A stretch of 64,000 bases of DNA from Puccinia triticina (lineage: Eukaryota): the NCBI GenBank assembly GCA_026914245.1, contig CP110440.1, positions 248,001 to 312,000 on the forward strand. The letters run 5' to 3'. A program made the position numbers and the translations under genes. Positions 52,228 to 64,000 of the stretch are shown here, piece by piece. The first letter of the stretch is position 1; each line of letters starts with the position of its first letter. The notes under the pieces were generated by a model, which saw only the letters and a program-made list of their open reading frames with translations, was not told where the DNA came from and searched no databases.

Positions 52228-52602
52228 CACCACGGGTGTACCAAAAGGTTTTGGGAAGGTTGTCAAAACCAAATTGATTGGATAGTGGTTGTCAGAACCA
52301 AATTGGTCTGGATCTGGTTTGTGGACAAATTCCGTTGCCAAAAAGGTGCCAACAACCGTGCCGTGAGAGAAGGAGCATCCAAATGGTTTCAAAAACCATT
52401 TCAAATGGTTCTGGAAATATTTTTCAAACCAAATTGGTTTCCAAAATATTTTTAAAACCACCTCAGATGGTTCCAGAAATATTTTAAGAATATCTGAAAA
52501 TGGTTAGTCCGACTCGTTCTTCAGGACATCCGGACTCAATTAAAAAAATATTCTGAAGACCAATCAAACTGGTTTTCAAAATATTTTGTTGCACCCGTGG
52601 TG
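52228..52602. mobile_element. MITE with CACCACGGGTG termini (375 bp)
   Basis: CACCACGGGTGTACCAAAA / TTTTGTTGCACCCGTGGTG, flanked by TA; many AAACCA/TGGTTT internal motifs. Confidence 0.7.
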
Positions 52603-53103
52603 TAACCAAGGTAAGTTTTTCAAAAGAATTTGGAGAGCTGAATCTCTCTTGTTTGCCAGCCAAATTTCAAACCCAGCAATTCATCCATGTCAGCTTTTTT
52701 TTTTATGGGTCAATCTAGACGCATGCCAAGTTTTGAATAGATGGGCGCCAAGAAATTGACCGGATTCGAACCTTTGGTGGATTGTCAAAAAAGTGCCCAG
52801 ATTGGCGCTTCAGGGCCTCCATGTCGGAGGGCCTGATCAATCGAGGTGAGGACAAAGTCTACAGAAAAAGAAAAACGAAAAGATGTACAGGGTCAGGAAA
52901 CCAGTCTTACAAAACTGACATGCTACACAATCAATCAAAAAATACACTACTGGAGAAAAGAGACGAAGTGTGCGGTTTTTTTTTTTTTTTTTTTTTCTAT
53001 TGTCTATAGGTCTATGTTTATGGTGATACAAGCTGATTGGACATTAAAGGGAGACAGAGGACAGAGCAGAAGCGTCGATACAAAAGGCCGCGAAGCGTAC
53101 AAA

Positions 53104-56100
53104 TTACTGACAAATAGCGGCGAGCATTTGGAGGCGATCAGAGGGGAGGGGGAGGGAAGAGGGAGAGTTCCGAGCGGCGTGATGGTTACGGAGGAGGCTG
53201 TCGAAGGGGTCACAGATGCCGGAGGCGAGTGCGGCGAAGAAGCCGCGGTTTTGGAGGATGAGGAGGGAGCCGGGCTCGGCCCAGAGGTCGAAGACGACGA
53301 GCGAGTCGAGCGTGGGCAGACGGGCCGGGAAGCCTGGCGGGCTGAGGCCGTCGAGGAGCGAGTGGGCGGGGGAGAGCGGCTTGAGGGCGATGGCGAACTC
53401 GCGCTTGACTTGGGCCGCCGCCAGCTCCGCCTTCCTCTCTCGCTCCTCCGAAGCATCGACAGCTCCCCATGCCATCCGGGCCTGGCCTCCTCCGCGCGTG
53501 TCTTCCCACTTCGTGTACCGCAGCTTGCTTCGTTGGTGCTGCTCGTACTCCGCCTTGTGGCTAGCTTTCGCCCGGTACGCCCGGTTGTGGACATGGGTGC
53601 CAATCTCGAGATGATTCGTCGACAGCCCGATCGGCACCCACACCTGATCCCCTGCCCGGGCATCCTCGGGAGTGTCCTGTTGGTCTCCCTCGGGAGGGTT
53701 AGGGCGGTTGAGGAGATGGTGGTAGTTCGGATAGATCATGACGAGGCCACGCAGGTAGACCCACTCGATCAGGTATTTCTTCCAGCTCTTGGGCCAGCGG
53801 TTGGAGCGGATGGGGCTGGGGATGACGGGCTGATGGAGCGGGAGGCCGGGGATCTGGTTGGCGAGTCTGAAGGTGAGGTAGCGCTCGAAGGCGGTCCAAG
53901 TCTCGGGAAAGAAGAGTGCGCCCCAGGAGCAGGGCACCTGTGAGGCGTAGGGCATCGTGGGGGGATGGACGCCGAGTCCGGCGAGAAGGTCGGGCGCATG
54001 GAACGGCCGACGGCCCTCCGGGCGCAGCTCGCTGTGCTGCGGCTGGTACAGCGAGATCCCGTAGATTTTCCCCGCCGGCCGGCCCGAGTATCGGTAGCCG
54101 AGCACCGCGAACTTCAACCAGCCGTAGAAGTACCCCGATACCTCCACGTCGTCCTCCAGTAACACCCCGTACGAGTCGTGCGCCGACGAAGGGTACCACG
54201 ACTCTACCACCGCTGGTAACAGACCCCCCTGGATGATCCGCTTCCGGACCGTCTTCGACCCGTGCTTCCACATAAACCCTTCCACTAACGTGCGGGTCTG
54301 CTGGTCCGCCGTTTGCTCCATGTTGATCACCAGGTTCACTCGGTCTCCGTAGTACGCCGCTCGCTCCAATGAGCCCAATAGCCTCGCCAGCGACATCGAG
54401 CGGTCGTTCGTAATCACCGAGATATCAATCTGGGGCTGATGCCATTCTTTTTTATTTGCAACCATTACAAAACTCAGCGTTGGAGTTAGTTGGATACACA
54501 CTCGATGCAAAGGGGAGCCGGAAGATCAGAAGCAGAGAAAGATACCCCGCACTTTTTAAGGCTTGTAACTCGAGGCCAAGGATCCAATCGGCAGCCGAGA
54601 GCTCATCTTCCGGCAGCCCGATCAGGACGCACTCGAGATCGGGAAGCGCCTGATCGTTTGTATCAGAATCGAACGGCTGATCATTCTGCTGCCGGGGGGG
54701 CTGGCGATGGGGAGGCTGCTTGAGGAGACTGTTGGGGAGCATGAGCGGGTCGTCTTTCCGGACGCGATAGAGCAAGAGTTCGAGGCTCGGCTGGGAATGG
54801 ATGAGTTGTTCGATAGCCGCAAGGAGGGAAGGATGGGGCAGTCTGGAGGTGGTGGAGGTGTGGGGGAGGAGATGGATGGGGAGGTCGGGCGCGCGGGAAC
54901 AGCGGCCCATCTTGGCCCGCATCCGTTCCCGCTCGTCTTCTTCTTCCCCGTGCTGCTCGAAGCCCGCGCTGGCTTCCGGGTCCCAGGAGCTCAGGAGGTA
55001 GATCTCCGCATCGAAGCGCTCGATCAGCCGACACGTGAGGTTCAGCCAGTCCGTCGGCTCATGCGGCGATCGGCCGGGCTCGTCCAGGTCGGCCTCGGTG
55101 ACCAGGATGGCGACGGACGGCTGCAGATGGCCGCGCAAGATCAAGTCCACATCCTCGTCTCCCTCCTGTGGATCCCGAGACGAAGCAACGGAGCTTCGAA
55201 TTTCTGCGAGTTCTCGGATGGAGTCGTGACAGATTTCGGAGAGATGATGGTAATCTGGAGGATGGTTCTGGCTCAGAGGGAGGACGAGGGTGGGCCATCT
55301 GAGGGTTGTCGCGAGGTGGAAGGCGAGCGGGAGGGGCTGGAGGAGTCGGTCGAGGGCGTCGGGGTGGATGCGAGGCCATTGTCTGGTGGGGAGGAGGAAG
55401 GGGGGGATGGCGACGGCGGCGGGTGCTTGGCGGGAGGAGCATGCGAAGGCGGGGGGGCTCCGGGCGGGGTTCGCGGCACGGGCGGCGACGATGCGGGAGC
55501 GGCTGAGGGCGAGCTGGGCGGCGGCGGCGAGCCAGAGCCGGTCGAGCGGGTGCGGCTGCAGAGAGGCGCCGCCGAGGACCAGGATGGCGTCGGCGGTGAG
55601 CGCGGGGGTGTAGGCGCTCAGAGAGCCGATGAGCGCGTGTGCCGAGACGGGCCCCGGCTGGGGACACTGCGGCGCCGGCGAACACACTATGGCCAGCGAA
55701 TGGACCGGCAGGCCGTCGAGCGAGGAGAGTATGGCGTCCAGCGCGCGCGCCGGATCCAGCGAGGGGGCGCTGAAGAGCAGGACGTTCAGTGCGGCTGGCG
55801 TTTGGTGGGTTGCGGACAGATTTTTGAGCGCGTGCGAGGCAGCTGTTTGCAAGGGGGGAAGTCAGCTAAGCTCTCTGGATGGGTGCACGAGGGAGGATCT
55901 CTTACGATTGCGGGCCGGAGAGGAGCCGGTCGGGCTGCTGTTCTGGGGCTGGAAGATGTATGCGCCGGGGCGGGAGAGGAGCAGGAGGGCGAGGCAGGCG
56001 AGGGGTGTGAGGAGGAGGATGAGCAGGGTGCAGGGGCGGTTGCGGCTGTGGGCGGCCCGGGGCTTGCGCGGGGGGTGCTGGTGGTTGAAAGTCTTCTGGA

Positions 56101-56398
56101 AGGCGGATGCCGAGGGGGGCAGCCTGATGGTGGAGGTGCCGGCGGCGGGGCTGGGTGCGGCCCACTGGTCGTCCTCGGCGGGGCCGTCTGCGAGTGCGGC
56201 GGGGCCGTGGCTGGTGCGTCCGCGGACCTCGTGGTGGGCGAAGGAGATCGAGTCGGAGCTGCAGAGCAGGCCGGCGGGGCGGGCGGGTGCGTCGGCCGGC
56301 TGTCCCGGGTGGCGGTCGCCGGCGGGCTGGGGCTGCATCCTTCGCCAGGCGCTGGGCGGGTCCAGGGGGGCGGAGTTCGAGGGGGAGGAGTGCCACAT
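53104..56398 (-). CDS. Type II membrane glycosyltransferase-like protein (GT-A / GT2-like C-terminal domain), multi-exon
   Basis: TM segment TLLILLLTPLACLALLLL; C-terminal ISVITNDR..SL.RLL.SL..A.Y.GD, GGLLPAVVESWYP, VLLEDDVEVS (DxD-like), YGISLY, QVPCSWGALFFPETW, SWKKYLIE. Start may be 56398 or 56338. Confidence 0.8.
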
Positions 56399-57315
56399 TG
56401 GGTTGGTCCGATTCAGAATCAACCCAGCTGCAGGCACACAACCAACCAACTCCGCCCACACCACGACTCCGCTCACAATCAACTCCGCCCACACCAAAAA
56501 CACATCCAGAACAGAAACCTGGCCAAAGGAAACCAGATTCAAGTGTGCTGGAATATAACACCACGAATGACGTCATACTACAGAAACACGGCTCCAGCTC
56601 AGTAACAACCATCAAGAACATTAAAGCATGGAATTAGTCTAGACTTTTGCAGGCAAATCTTGGGGCTCCAGATCACCTCTGGGAGGCCCTCAGATAGTCA
56701 CCCAGTCTGTTGATGTTTTATCATTTTTCTTTATTTTCTTTGTCTCAACTATTGGACGACTTCCCGTAGCCCAACTGGCTTATAGATTTAGTGGGGTGCA
56801 CTAAACCTTGTTGGCTGGTGAAAACTTGATCTTGGCCAATTTTCACCAGCCAGTAAGCCATAAATAACCCTGCCCTCTAGATCTATCTTTTTAGTCCACA
56901 ATAAGTCGTCCATTGTTGCCCTTGCCACTAACTCAAGTTTGATCAAGGATAGGGTGTTGCTCATCAATCAGTGCAGCTTACCAATTTTTTGAAAAAATGT
57001 TCATAAACTGGTGAAAAAGTTTTGGAAATGTCATGAACCCCCCTGTTTCCTTTCCCATCTTCCCCTGAGCTGCATGCACATAACAAAATTATCTTGAGTA
57101 GGAAATGGCTCATAGATATGATGCTCTAGATCTTTTGAAGTGTAGTCTTTTTTTGGATTGATAAATCAAAATATTGGCTTGAAAAGGGACAGTCGAGCTA
57201 AAAATGAATCTTAGCCAGCTGAAAATTGAAGGACCTTGGATTATACATAACCGATAGTAGAGTATATTGGACCCACTGATTAATTTTAAAACAGATCAAG
57301 AAAAATATTCCAAAT

Positions 57316-59786
57316 CTAGATCGCAGATTCCTTTGGTCCAGTTAAATCATCCTTGGCCGGAATCGGTTTCTCGGGTTCGACTGAAAGACTTTCGACGCGA
57401 GGGAAGCGATCCAATAGGAACGTACCGAGCACTGCAGCAAGAGCACAACTGAATCCGAATACGGTAGCCATTGCAAATCCAAGAACAAAATTGGGACCTT
57501 GTGATTTGGGCCAGAGGAAACTTCCATAAAAGTTGGAAGAGTTGCCAACTAGTAAATTGTTCACAGATGGAGAAAAACACCGTCAGTAAATAACCTCATC
57601 AATCTAGTGGAGATGGCCTGAATCCCACACTGACCTGTGTTGACGATGGCCAGAGTGATTGCCCTTTTTTGTTTCTGGGACCCGGCGACACTAGACACCC
57701 AAGCCAAGACGACAGGCAAGGCACCGAAGGTCGCGCCAAAAGCCAGACTAAAAAAAAAAAGGCGTGGGATCAGGGTGAGTGAGAGCCAACTGACAGAAAA
57801 AAGCATTAGATGTGAGCTCACCAGACCAGCGCATAACGGGTCCTGGGCTCGTGGATGGCCAGGCAGAGGGCGTAGAGTAGCCCTGAAAAGCCCATCGGTA
57901 GTCCCACATGAAACATCCGCTCCCCAAAATGATCAGCCGAGAATGAGATGCTCAGAGCGAATGCGCACGCGACTATGTATGGCGGAACAGTCATGAATTG
58001 GGCCACTTGTCCATGGTAGCCCAATGAAACCACGATGCTAGGGATGAAGTACAGGATGGTTTGTGAACTAAGAAGCATGATATCTGGAATGGGTTTTTTT
58101 CGAATGTTAGTTGAATGAGCGCAAGTTTTTGTCTCTTTTTCTGCTTCTAGAAAACGATTTACACATAAAACAGAAGAGATACGTTCTCCAATCCTTACTG
58201 GCAGCCGCTAGGGCCTGCCGATGGCTCAACTTAGTCGAGTCTGCTGCAGAAGCACCATGTTCGACCTGATCGATTTCCAGGCGAAGGACGGCTAGCTTCT
58301 TCTCCTTGTCTGAAAGCCACTTGGTATTAGATGGCCAATCAGGTAGGAAGAAGACGACGACTGCTGAGGCTGAGACTGTGATGAGTCCTTCGACTAAGGA
58401 CCGCAAAGGGATATTGCTTAGCTAAAATTGGATTGGCCTTGCACTACAAAAAAAACCAAGCTCAACGTCCACTCACTGATAAATAGCCATCTCCATCCTC
58501 GAATGCCGCCGACGCCTTCTAAGCCATCAATTACCCCACCAGATATCAACCCACCTGTGGATAAAATTGCATCAGCAGTGAGCCCCAGGACAACTTACAT
58601 AACCTGTCCACTGACCAAATGCGCCTGCCAGAATACCTCCACTGTATAAGATACCGATACGCTTTGCCAGCTCTGCTTTCCGGTACCAAGACGACAGGAG
58701 AAGGAGCTAGAAGGCCTTGGTTGGTGTTCAGCTATTCGGTTTATTTTTCAATCAATCAACCTCTTTCCACTCACAACACCTGGAAAAAAGCCAGACCTGA
58801 AGGAGTTTCAAATGAATGGGATGTTTAGCCAACGAGTGGTAGGTCGAAGCAGAAATGGTACAAATACGCACTCGACAAATCCTAGGAAGAGCCTGGCGAC
58901 GATCAGGCCTTCTTTGTTTTTCACCAGACTGATCAGCGTTACCACTATGCCCCAGACGAAAGTCAGTCCAGGTAAGAACAGAGAGGGTCGCACATGAGAG
59001 AGAAGCATGTTCGATGGAATTTCTGCTGAGCTACCAATTTAGGTTAGCAGTACTGAATTTCAGCTGATTCCACTCCGGTCGGTATAAAAATCAAGTCGTA
59101 ACAAACAGGTATCCAACAAAAAATATCAGGACAATCGTCGAGTAGTCCGTCGAGCTCAAGCTAAGATCCACTTCCATCCCTCCTACTCGTGCATTTGCAA
59201 TCTATCACATCGATTATGTTCGAATTTAATTCTATAAGCTTCTTTACCTTTGATAACTATTTTGAACCACTAACACTCGTTCTGTCCAAATCTATTCTTG
59301 AAGAGAAGGATCAAACTGAGTTGGATGATTCAACTCAAGTATGAGCCTTTCGGTCCAATAACTCACGATTTAGCATATACAAGAGACATATGCAAGGGAA
59401 CCTGAATTGGATCAAGAGATGCACCAAATAAAATCGCATTTTTCTTTTTGTTAATGATGGGATCTGATTGAGCGAGGAACCAATGTACCATCTAGTCCTT
59501 ACATATGTGCATCGATTTTTCTTAGCAGTGCTTTCTCCTCGTCACCCTTTGGAAGATGGGTTTCACGATGGACAGTGTCAGCCGAATACTCGAGCCTGTG
59601 GGCGGCCTTTTCCTGAGCCGGGCCATTTGGTGTAGTTGGGGTAGACAGACCCTCTCCGGGAAGTTGCCTGTCGACCTGCTCGAAGCTTTTGAGTCCACTG
59701 GACTGGAATGAAAGGCCAGCAACTGGTTGAGCGGGTCCTCCGAGAGATGGTGTCGCAGGTGTTAGCTGAGCGGGGATGTCGACCAT
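57316..59786 (-). CDS. MFS transporter, anion:cation symporter (Dal5/Tna1-like) family, multi-exon
   Basis: EEKALLRKID, IANARVGGM..DL.L, EIPSNMLL, ARLFLGFVE, GWRWLF, EGLITV, LPDWPSNTKWL, TVPPY, SADHFGER, KRAITLAIVNT. Confidence 0.9.
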
Positions 59787-60663
59787 ATTGCGGCCAAGAG
59801 AAGATAAAAAAATAAATATCAAACTGAGATGGCGGAAGGAATTCCGGATTATTTGAGCATTGATGTCGCTGGGCACGAGTTATAATGAACTTAAATCTAA
59901 GGGTGTGATTTGGGATGGCTGGATTGGTCCTTTGGACGCACGCACCAGTCTCTCTCTCTCTCTGTCTGCCTGGCCCACAGGAAAGCACTTCCAGGCACAA
60001 TAAAAACTTGCCATGTTGAGGTTGCTTGGTCGAAGTGGGATTGCAGAGGCCATTGCTGCCGGTCGGCTACTGCAGGCTGAACAACCCAGCCAGCATCGGC
60101 AGGCCCATCGCGGGAGGCATTTGAATGGAATTATCAACAAAAAAGGCTAGAGGGACATCCAATGATGCTTATCACCCTCCACAAGCTTATCTAAATACAC
60201 CAAACCAGGCTTGGCTCCGATCTCTGAATCATCGTCCACCATTTGAATTTTGAGCTGAACAGCCTTTTTAGGGGGGGGGGGCTCGTAAGATCAGCTTACA
60301 CACCATGACACCACACATCTTATCCAGTCCGCTGATTCCGCAACACCAGACTGTTATGCAGCTTTCCGTGGTGAGCGCTAATTGGCACATGAATTACTTC
60401 CACCTATGGGACCCGGATAAGTTAACGAAGTACATACCTCCGAGTCCCACCGCAGAGTGGTAAAATAGTGGTCGCTCGGAGGGTCCCGTGGGACGGCGAC
60501 CGCCCGCGCCAATTAACGAAGGGGAAAGCGGAGGGTCGGCGAGAGCAAATGCAAAATACGCGCGCCGGGGAAAAAAGCGGCAGCCCGAGCCGCACCCGGG
60601 TGTAGACACATACCTTAACTTGCCAGCCCTGTGTATATACATACCTTAACTTGAACAGACGCT

Positions 60664-62214
60664 ATGTATTTTTACCGAGTCGATAGATCACCAATTTCAA
60701 ATGATTTGCAAACTCATCCGAGCGGACCGAACTTCGGTCCCACCGGCGGATCAGACTCCGGTCACCGAAGTCTCCAAGAATTTCCAGAAAGCTCTCGCGC
60801 AGCAGATGCCAAAAACACACAAGTTATCTTGGACCGTCGCCTCCATCCCCAAACACCTTTCAGGCCAAAAGAGAAGAACAACTTCACCCGATTCATGTTA
60901 GAGGAGCAGGTACGCCACGAAGAAGAAACACGAGAAACAGAGTTCTATGCGTTAGCGTCCAATCTCCACTCGCGGCTCTTCGGTCGACGTGGTTCGGTGA
61001 GCAGTGAAGGGGAGGATGTGGCCGAAGATCCCGTCCGGGCGCCCGGAAGTGCTTGGCGTTGGCTGTACAACACTCGAGACGACCGAGCATTCATCAAGAC
61101 CATGGGCGTTGATGTCCAGACCTTCGAGGACCTGCTCGTACCCTTCTCGGCACACTGGCATCAAGCACCGATCCCCTGGGCAGATGCCGAGGTCCCGCCG
61201 GGTCAGGCCCAGATGGATCCACAGGACGCTGCTGCATCACTCGGCCTGGTCTTGCATTGGCTCAGCTCGACGATGGACGAATTTCAACTCCAAGATATCT
61301 TTGCCATCTCGCCCCGCGCATATGCCCAATCTTGGACCAGAGGCAGGAAGGCTCTCTTGGCCGTCCTCAAACAGCTCCCAGGCGCCAAAATTTACTGGCC
61401 GACTAAGGAAAAAAGCTTACGCGAATACTGCATGTCGATCGAGCGGAAATATCCACTCCTCAAGAAAGCCTTCGGATTTTCAGTTGGCTTCAATCTACCT
61501 GTATTCGTACTGGGGGAAGATGAGTAAGTAAATACACAGTTTGTCTTCCTCGGAATAATCGTCGCAAAACAATTGATCGGAACAATCCGGCCCGACAGCA
61601 TGGAGACCTCATTTTATAATCAACGAGCCGATAAATACTACTACCGTAACATCTTGACGTTTGCGCCTGATGGAACTATCCTCGGTGGATGCTACATGTT
61701 ACCCGGAGACTGGGACGATGACAGTATAGCAGTCGATTGCTTCCATAAGAACTTGCTGGAGCGGACTCCGGCTGGATATCGACTGATCAGCGATGGCGGA
61801 TTCCCAAACAGCTCGGAGGAACTACAAAGCCGGATCCTAGCCCCGGTCCAACGACGCATCCAACTACCCGACCCACCGCGCGTATCATGTCGCATCAGAC
61901 CGTTCAACAGACAAGTCCGATCGGCTCAGCATGTTGCAAAATGGAGTAAACACGTCATCCTCGACTTCTTCGAGAGGCTCAGAGAACCGTTGTGCATCAA
62001 TGAACGTGAACTGCAGGCTGAGATTTGGCAAACTGCGGCTCGTTTGCACCAATTCCGCTGGCGCCTGGCTCAGACTCGTCGGACCCAGGCTATCTATCAA
62101 TCGGTTTGGGATGGAAACTGGCTTCCAGAGGTTGATCTTGACGAGAGTGCGATTTGTGAAATTGAACCACCCTGCCACGTCCGTCAATATTATATAGCTC
62201 AAGGATGGCGGTAA
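60664..62214 (+). CDS. PIF/Harbinger DDE_Tnp_4-like nuclease-derived protein, two exons (intron 61524-61598)
   Basis: DRAFIKTMGVDV..FE.LL, LGLVLHWL.STM, LQ.IF, KYPLL.KAFGF, FAPDGTI, PG.W.D, TP.GY.LISD..F motifs; the gtaagt...ag intron joins the two ORFs in frame. Start may be 60664 or 60895. Confidence 0.78.
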
Positions 62215-62715
62215 TTATATCAGTGTTAATAACACTTCCTTTGAATGTGTTTACATCTAGGCTGAGCCATCACTGAATAAATCTCCGAGTTAACTACCCT
62301 CCTGCTTTCTACCATTGTTGTTTGCATGTTAAATTGTGTTGCGTTCAACAAGACATACGCAGATTGCTCATCTCCTGAAGGCTCTCAAGTCTTGCGGATG
62401 TACTGACTTACAGTGGACATGGTTGGTGTCAACAAAAGCCATGCAGAAAATCCAAATTTTGATGTAATCAGCTTCAAGAGTTGTTTAAGCACTAGGAGAG
62501 ATATGCTCTGGTGTAGCAGACCAAGCTCACAGCTCCCGCCTGCCGTCCAGGATTCGTAAACATATGACTTGGTGTGACATTGATTCATTGGCTATTATTG
62601 ATAGGTCTAAATACCAAAGGCACAGATGCCGACAAAACAGGTCACTTCCACTTTCCTATTTTGTGCTGCAGCCCGGCCTCAATCACTTATCACACTTAAA
62701 GCTTTTTGCCTGACC

Positions 62716-62733
62716 TATTGAGAGTCAAACATA

Positions 62734-62775
<42 letters not shown>

Positions 62776-62896
62776 ACATTGCATGGAAATGAGATTGAGG
62801 TGATTACACACGTAATATGCAAGAGGTTGCAAACTAAGTACATTTATCATTGGCATTGTGGTACACTGCAACTGAGCAGACAATCTACTCTCAATA
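62716..62896 (-). mobile_element. Solo LTR (181-bp short variant) of the 31116-33098 TRIM family
   Basis: Reverse-complement match to the LTR 5' part; perfect 10-bp terminal IR TATTGAGAGT/ACTCTCAATA; 5-bp TSD TGACC (62711-62715 / 62897-62901). Confidence 0.88.
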
Positions 62897-63025
62897 TGAC
62901 CATCAATTAATTTTCATGTTGCTTCTAGCTTGACAAAAAAGTTGCTTTGGTGAAGCGTGTCCACTGGCTTATTAACAACTCATGGTGTATTTATAAGGGG
63001 CCTTTTGGATGCGTGGGTGAATGGC

Positions 63026-63154
63026 TGACTTCCTGTTGGGATCTGAGAGCCTACCAGAAGTGATCTGGAGCCCCAAAAGCTATATTTCCCAGCAAAAATC
63101 TAGACTTTTTGGGTCCATATCCACAAGTGCACACCCAGATGTGACGGGAAGTCA
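63026..63154. repeat. Dispersed ~110-130 bp MITE-like family (also ~655-783, ~7469-7555, ~25968-26076, ~56630-56700)
   Basis: Shared core (gatctg..cc..ccagaag.gat.t.gagcc..aaaag...atttccc.g.aaaaatctagac) with short TTCCCGT/ACGGGAA-type inverted ends. Confidence 0.6.
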
Positions 63155-64000
63155 TCCGCAAGATCCAAAATCTCAAGGTCTGAGATCCAACCCAGATCTG
63201 AAAAGTAAGACTACCACTTTCTTCTGCAGATTAGCAGCCACAATGAAGCTTCCAAAATTCCCCTTCAAGCTGCTTTTGTCCAATTTCAATTTTCACAACT
63301 TGATATCTATTGTGCTACATGATCTAATCAAACATTCTGTTGTCATCAAATCTTGAAGTTATGCAAGCCGATTCAAGTTGCAATCTTTTCCCTTGTTCCC
63401 ACTAGATTTTGCATGCAGCTATGTTGACAGGCTCAATTTTAACAGAGGAATTAGTTGAAGATGCAAAATTCAAAAAAGTGATCATAGAGCCCAAGCTCAC
63501 CCTTTCAAGTTCTACCAAGCCAGATGCAGAGATGGTAAGCCTATTAACTATGCCTATTCTATCAGGGACTTCTGCCTATTCCAAGATCTAAGACAGAGTA
63601 ATATCTTATTGCCTTTGTGGTTGTTTTTCTTGATGACTGATCTGGATGGATTGATGGGTTTGAAAGCCAGGATGTACATTTTGTCTGAACAAAATGAATG
63701 ACAAAAATCAGAATGGGACTTAGCCTTGTTGTAGTCTCTCCTTGGTATTGTGTAGATCAATAGCTTGATGTGAACTCTTGATGTCCACTTTGTCAGAGAA
63801 AACATGATGTAAATATCAGTGTATTCTTTCATTCACTGCTTCCTAGCTCAATACTAAGCATGAGTAAATGAGCACCATTGTTTTTCCACATTGACTGATT
63901 TAGAAGATGGTGTTGCAAGCCAAAATTTGGTTCTTCTCACAGCAACATAAACAGAAAACCAGACAAGCAAGAACTATGTTGTTGCATTTGACAAATGTGG

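Noticed and set aside
54707..56605. 632-aa plus-strand ORF (and 52846-53943)
   Set aside because: Antisense shadow of the GC-rich glycosyltransferase gene; Gly/Arg-rich with no motifs.

Overview
Intron-rich eukaryotic DNA from a basidiomycete, most likely a rust fungus (Pucciniales, Puccinia-like; inferred from gene and repeat style). Gene models read by eye: a cytochrome P450 head-to-head with a HAD phosphatase and followed by an O-methyltransferase (1.3-7.3 kb); symplekin/Pta1; a Sec24 paralog; two tandem secreted sedolisins (S53); a stand-alone response regulator; a small secreted effector candidate; a type II membrane GT-A glycosyltransferase; an MFS transporter; and an intact but apparently catalytically dead Harbinger-transposase-derived gene. 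The 31-52 kb interval is a transposon field whose boundaries and target-site duplications (TSDs) can be resolved to the base, including a multi-level nest at 43.2-47.7 kb. The most striking element, at 31116-33098, is a tandem LTR-I-LTR-I-LTR miniature retrotransposon (TRIM-like) with a copia-type half-tRNA primer site, a polypurine tract and a 5-bp TSD. Each 246-bp LTR carries a 71-nt tRNA-like cloverleaf plus a second T-arm, a possible tRNA-bearing fungal analogue of the plant 5S-carrying Cassandra elements. A shorter solo LTR of the same family sits at 62716-62896. Exon boundaries and family assignments rest on motif recognition only; no searches were run.
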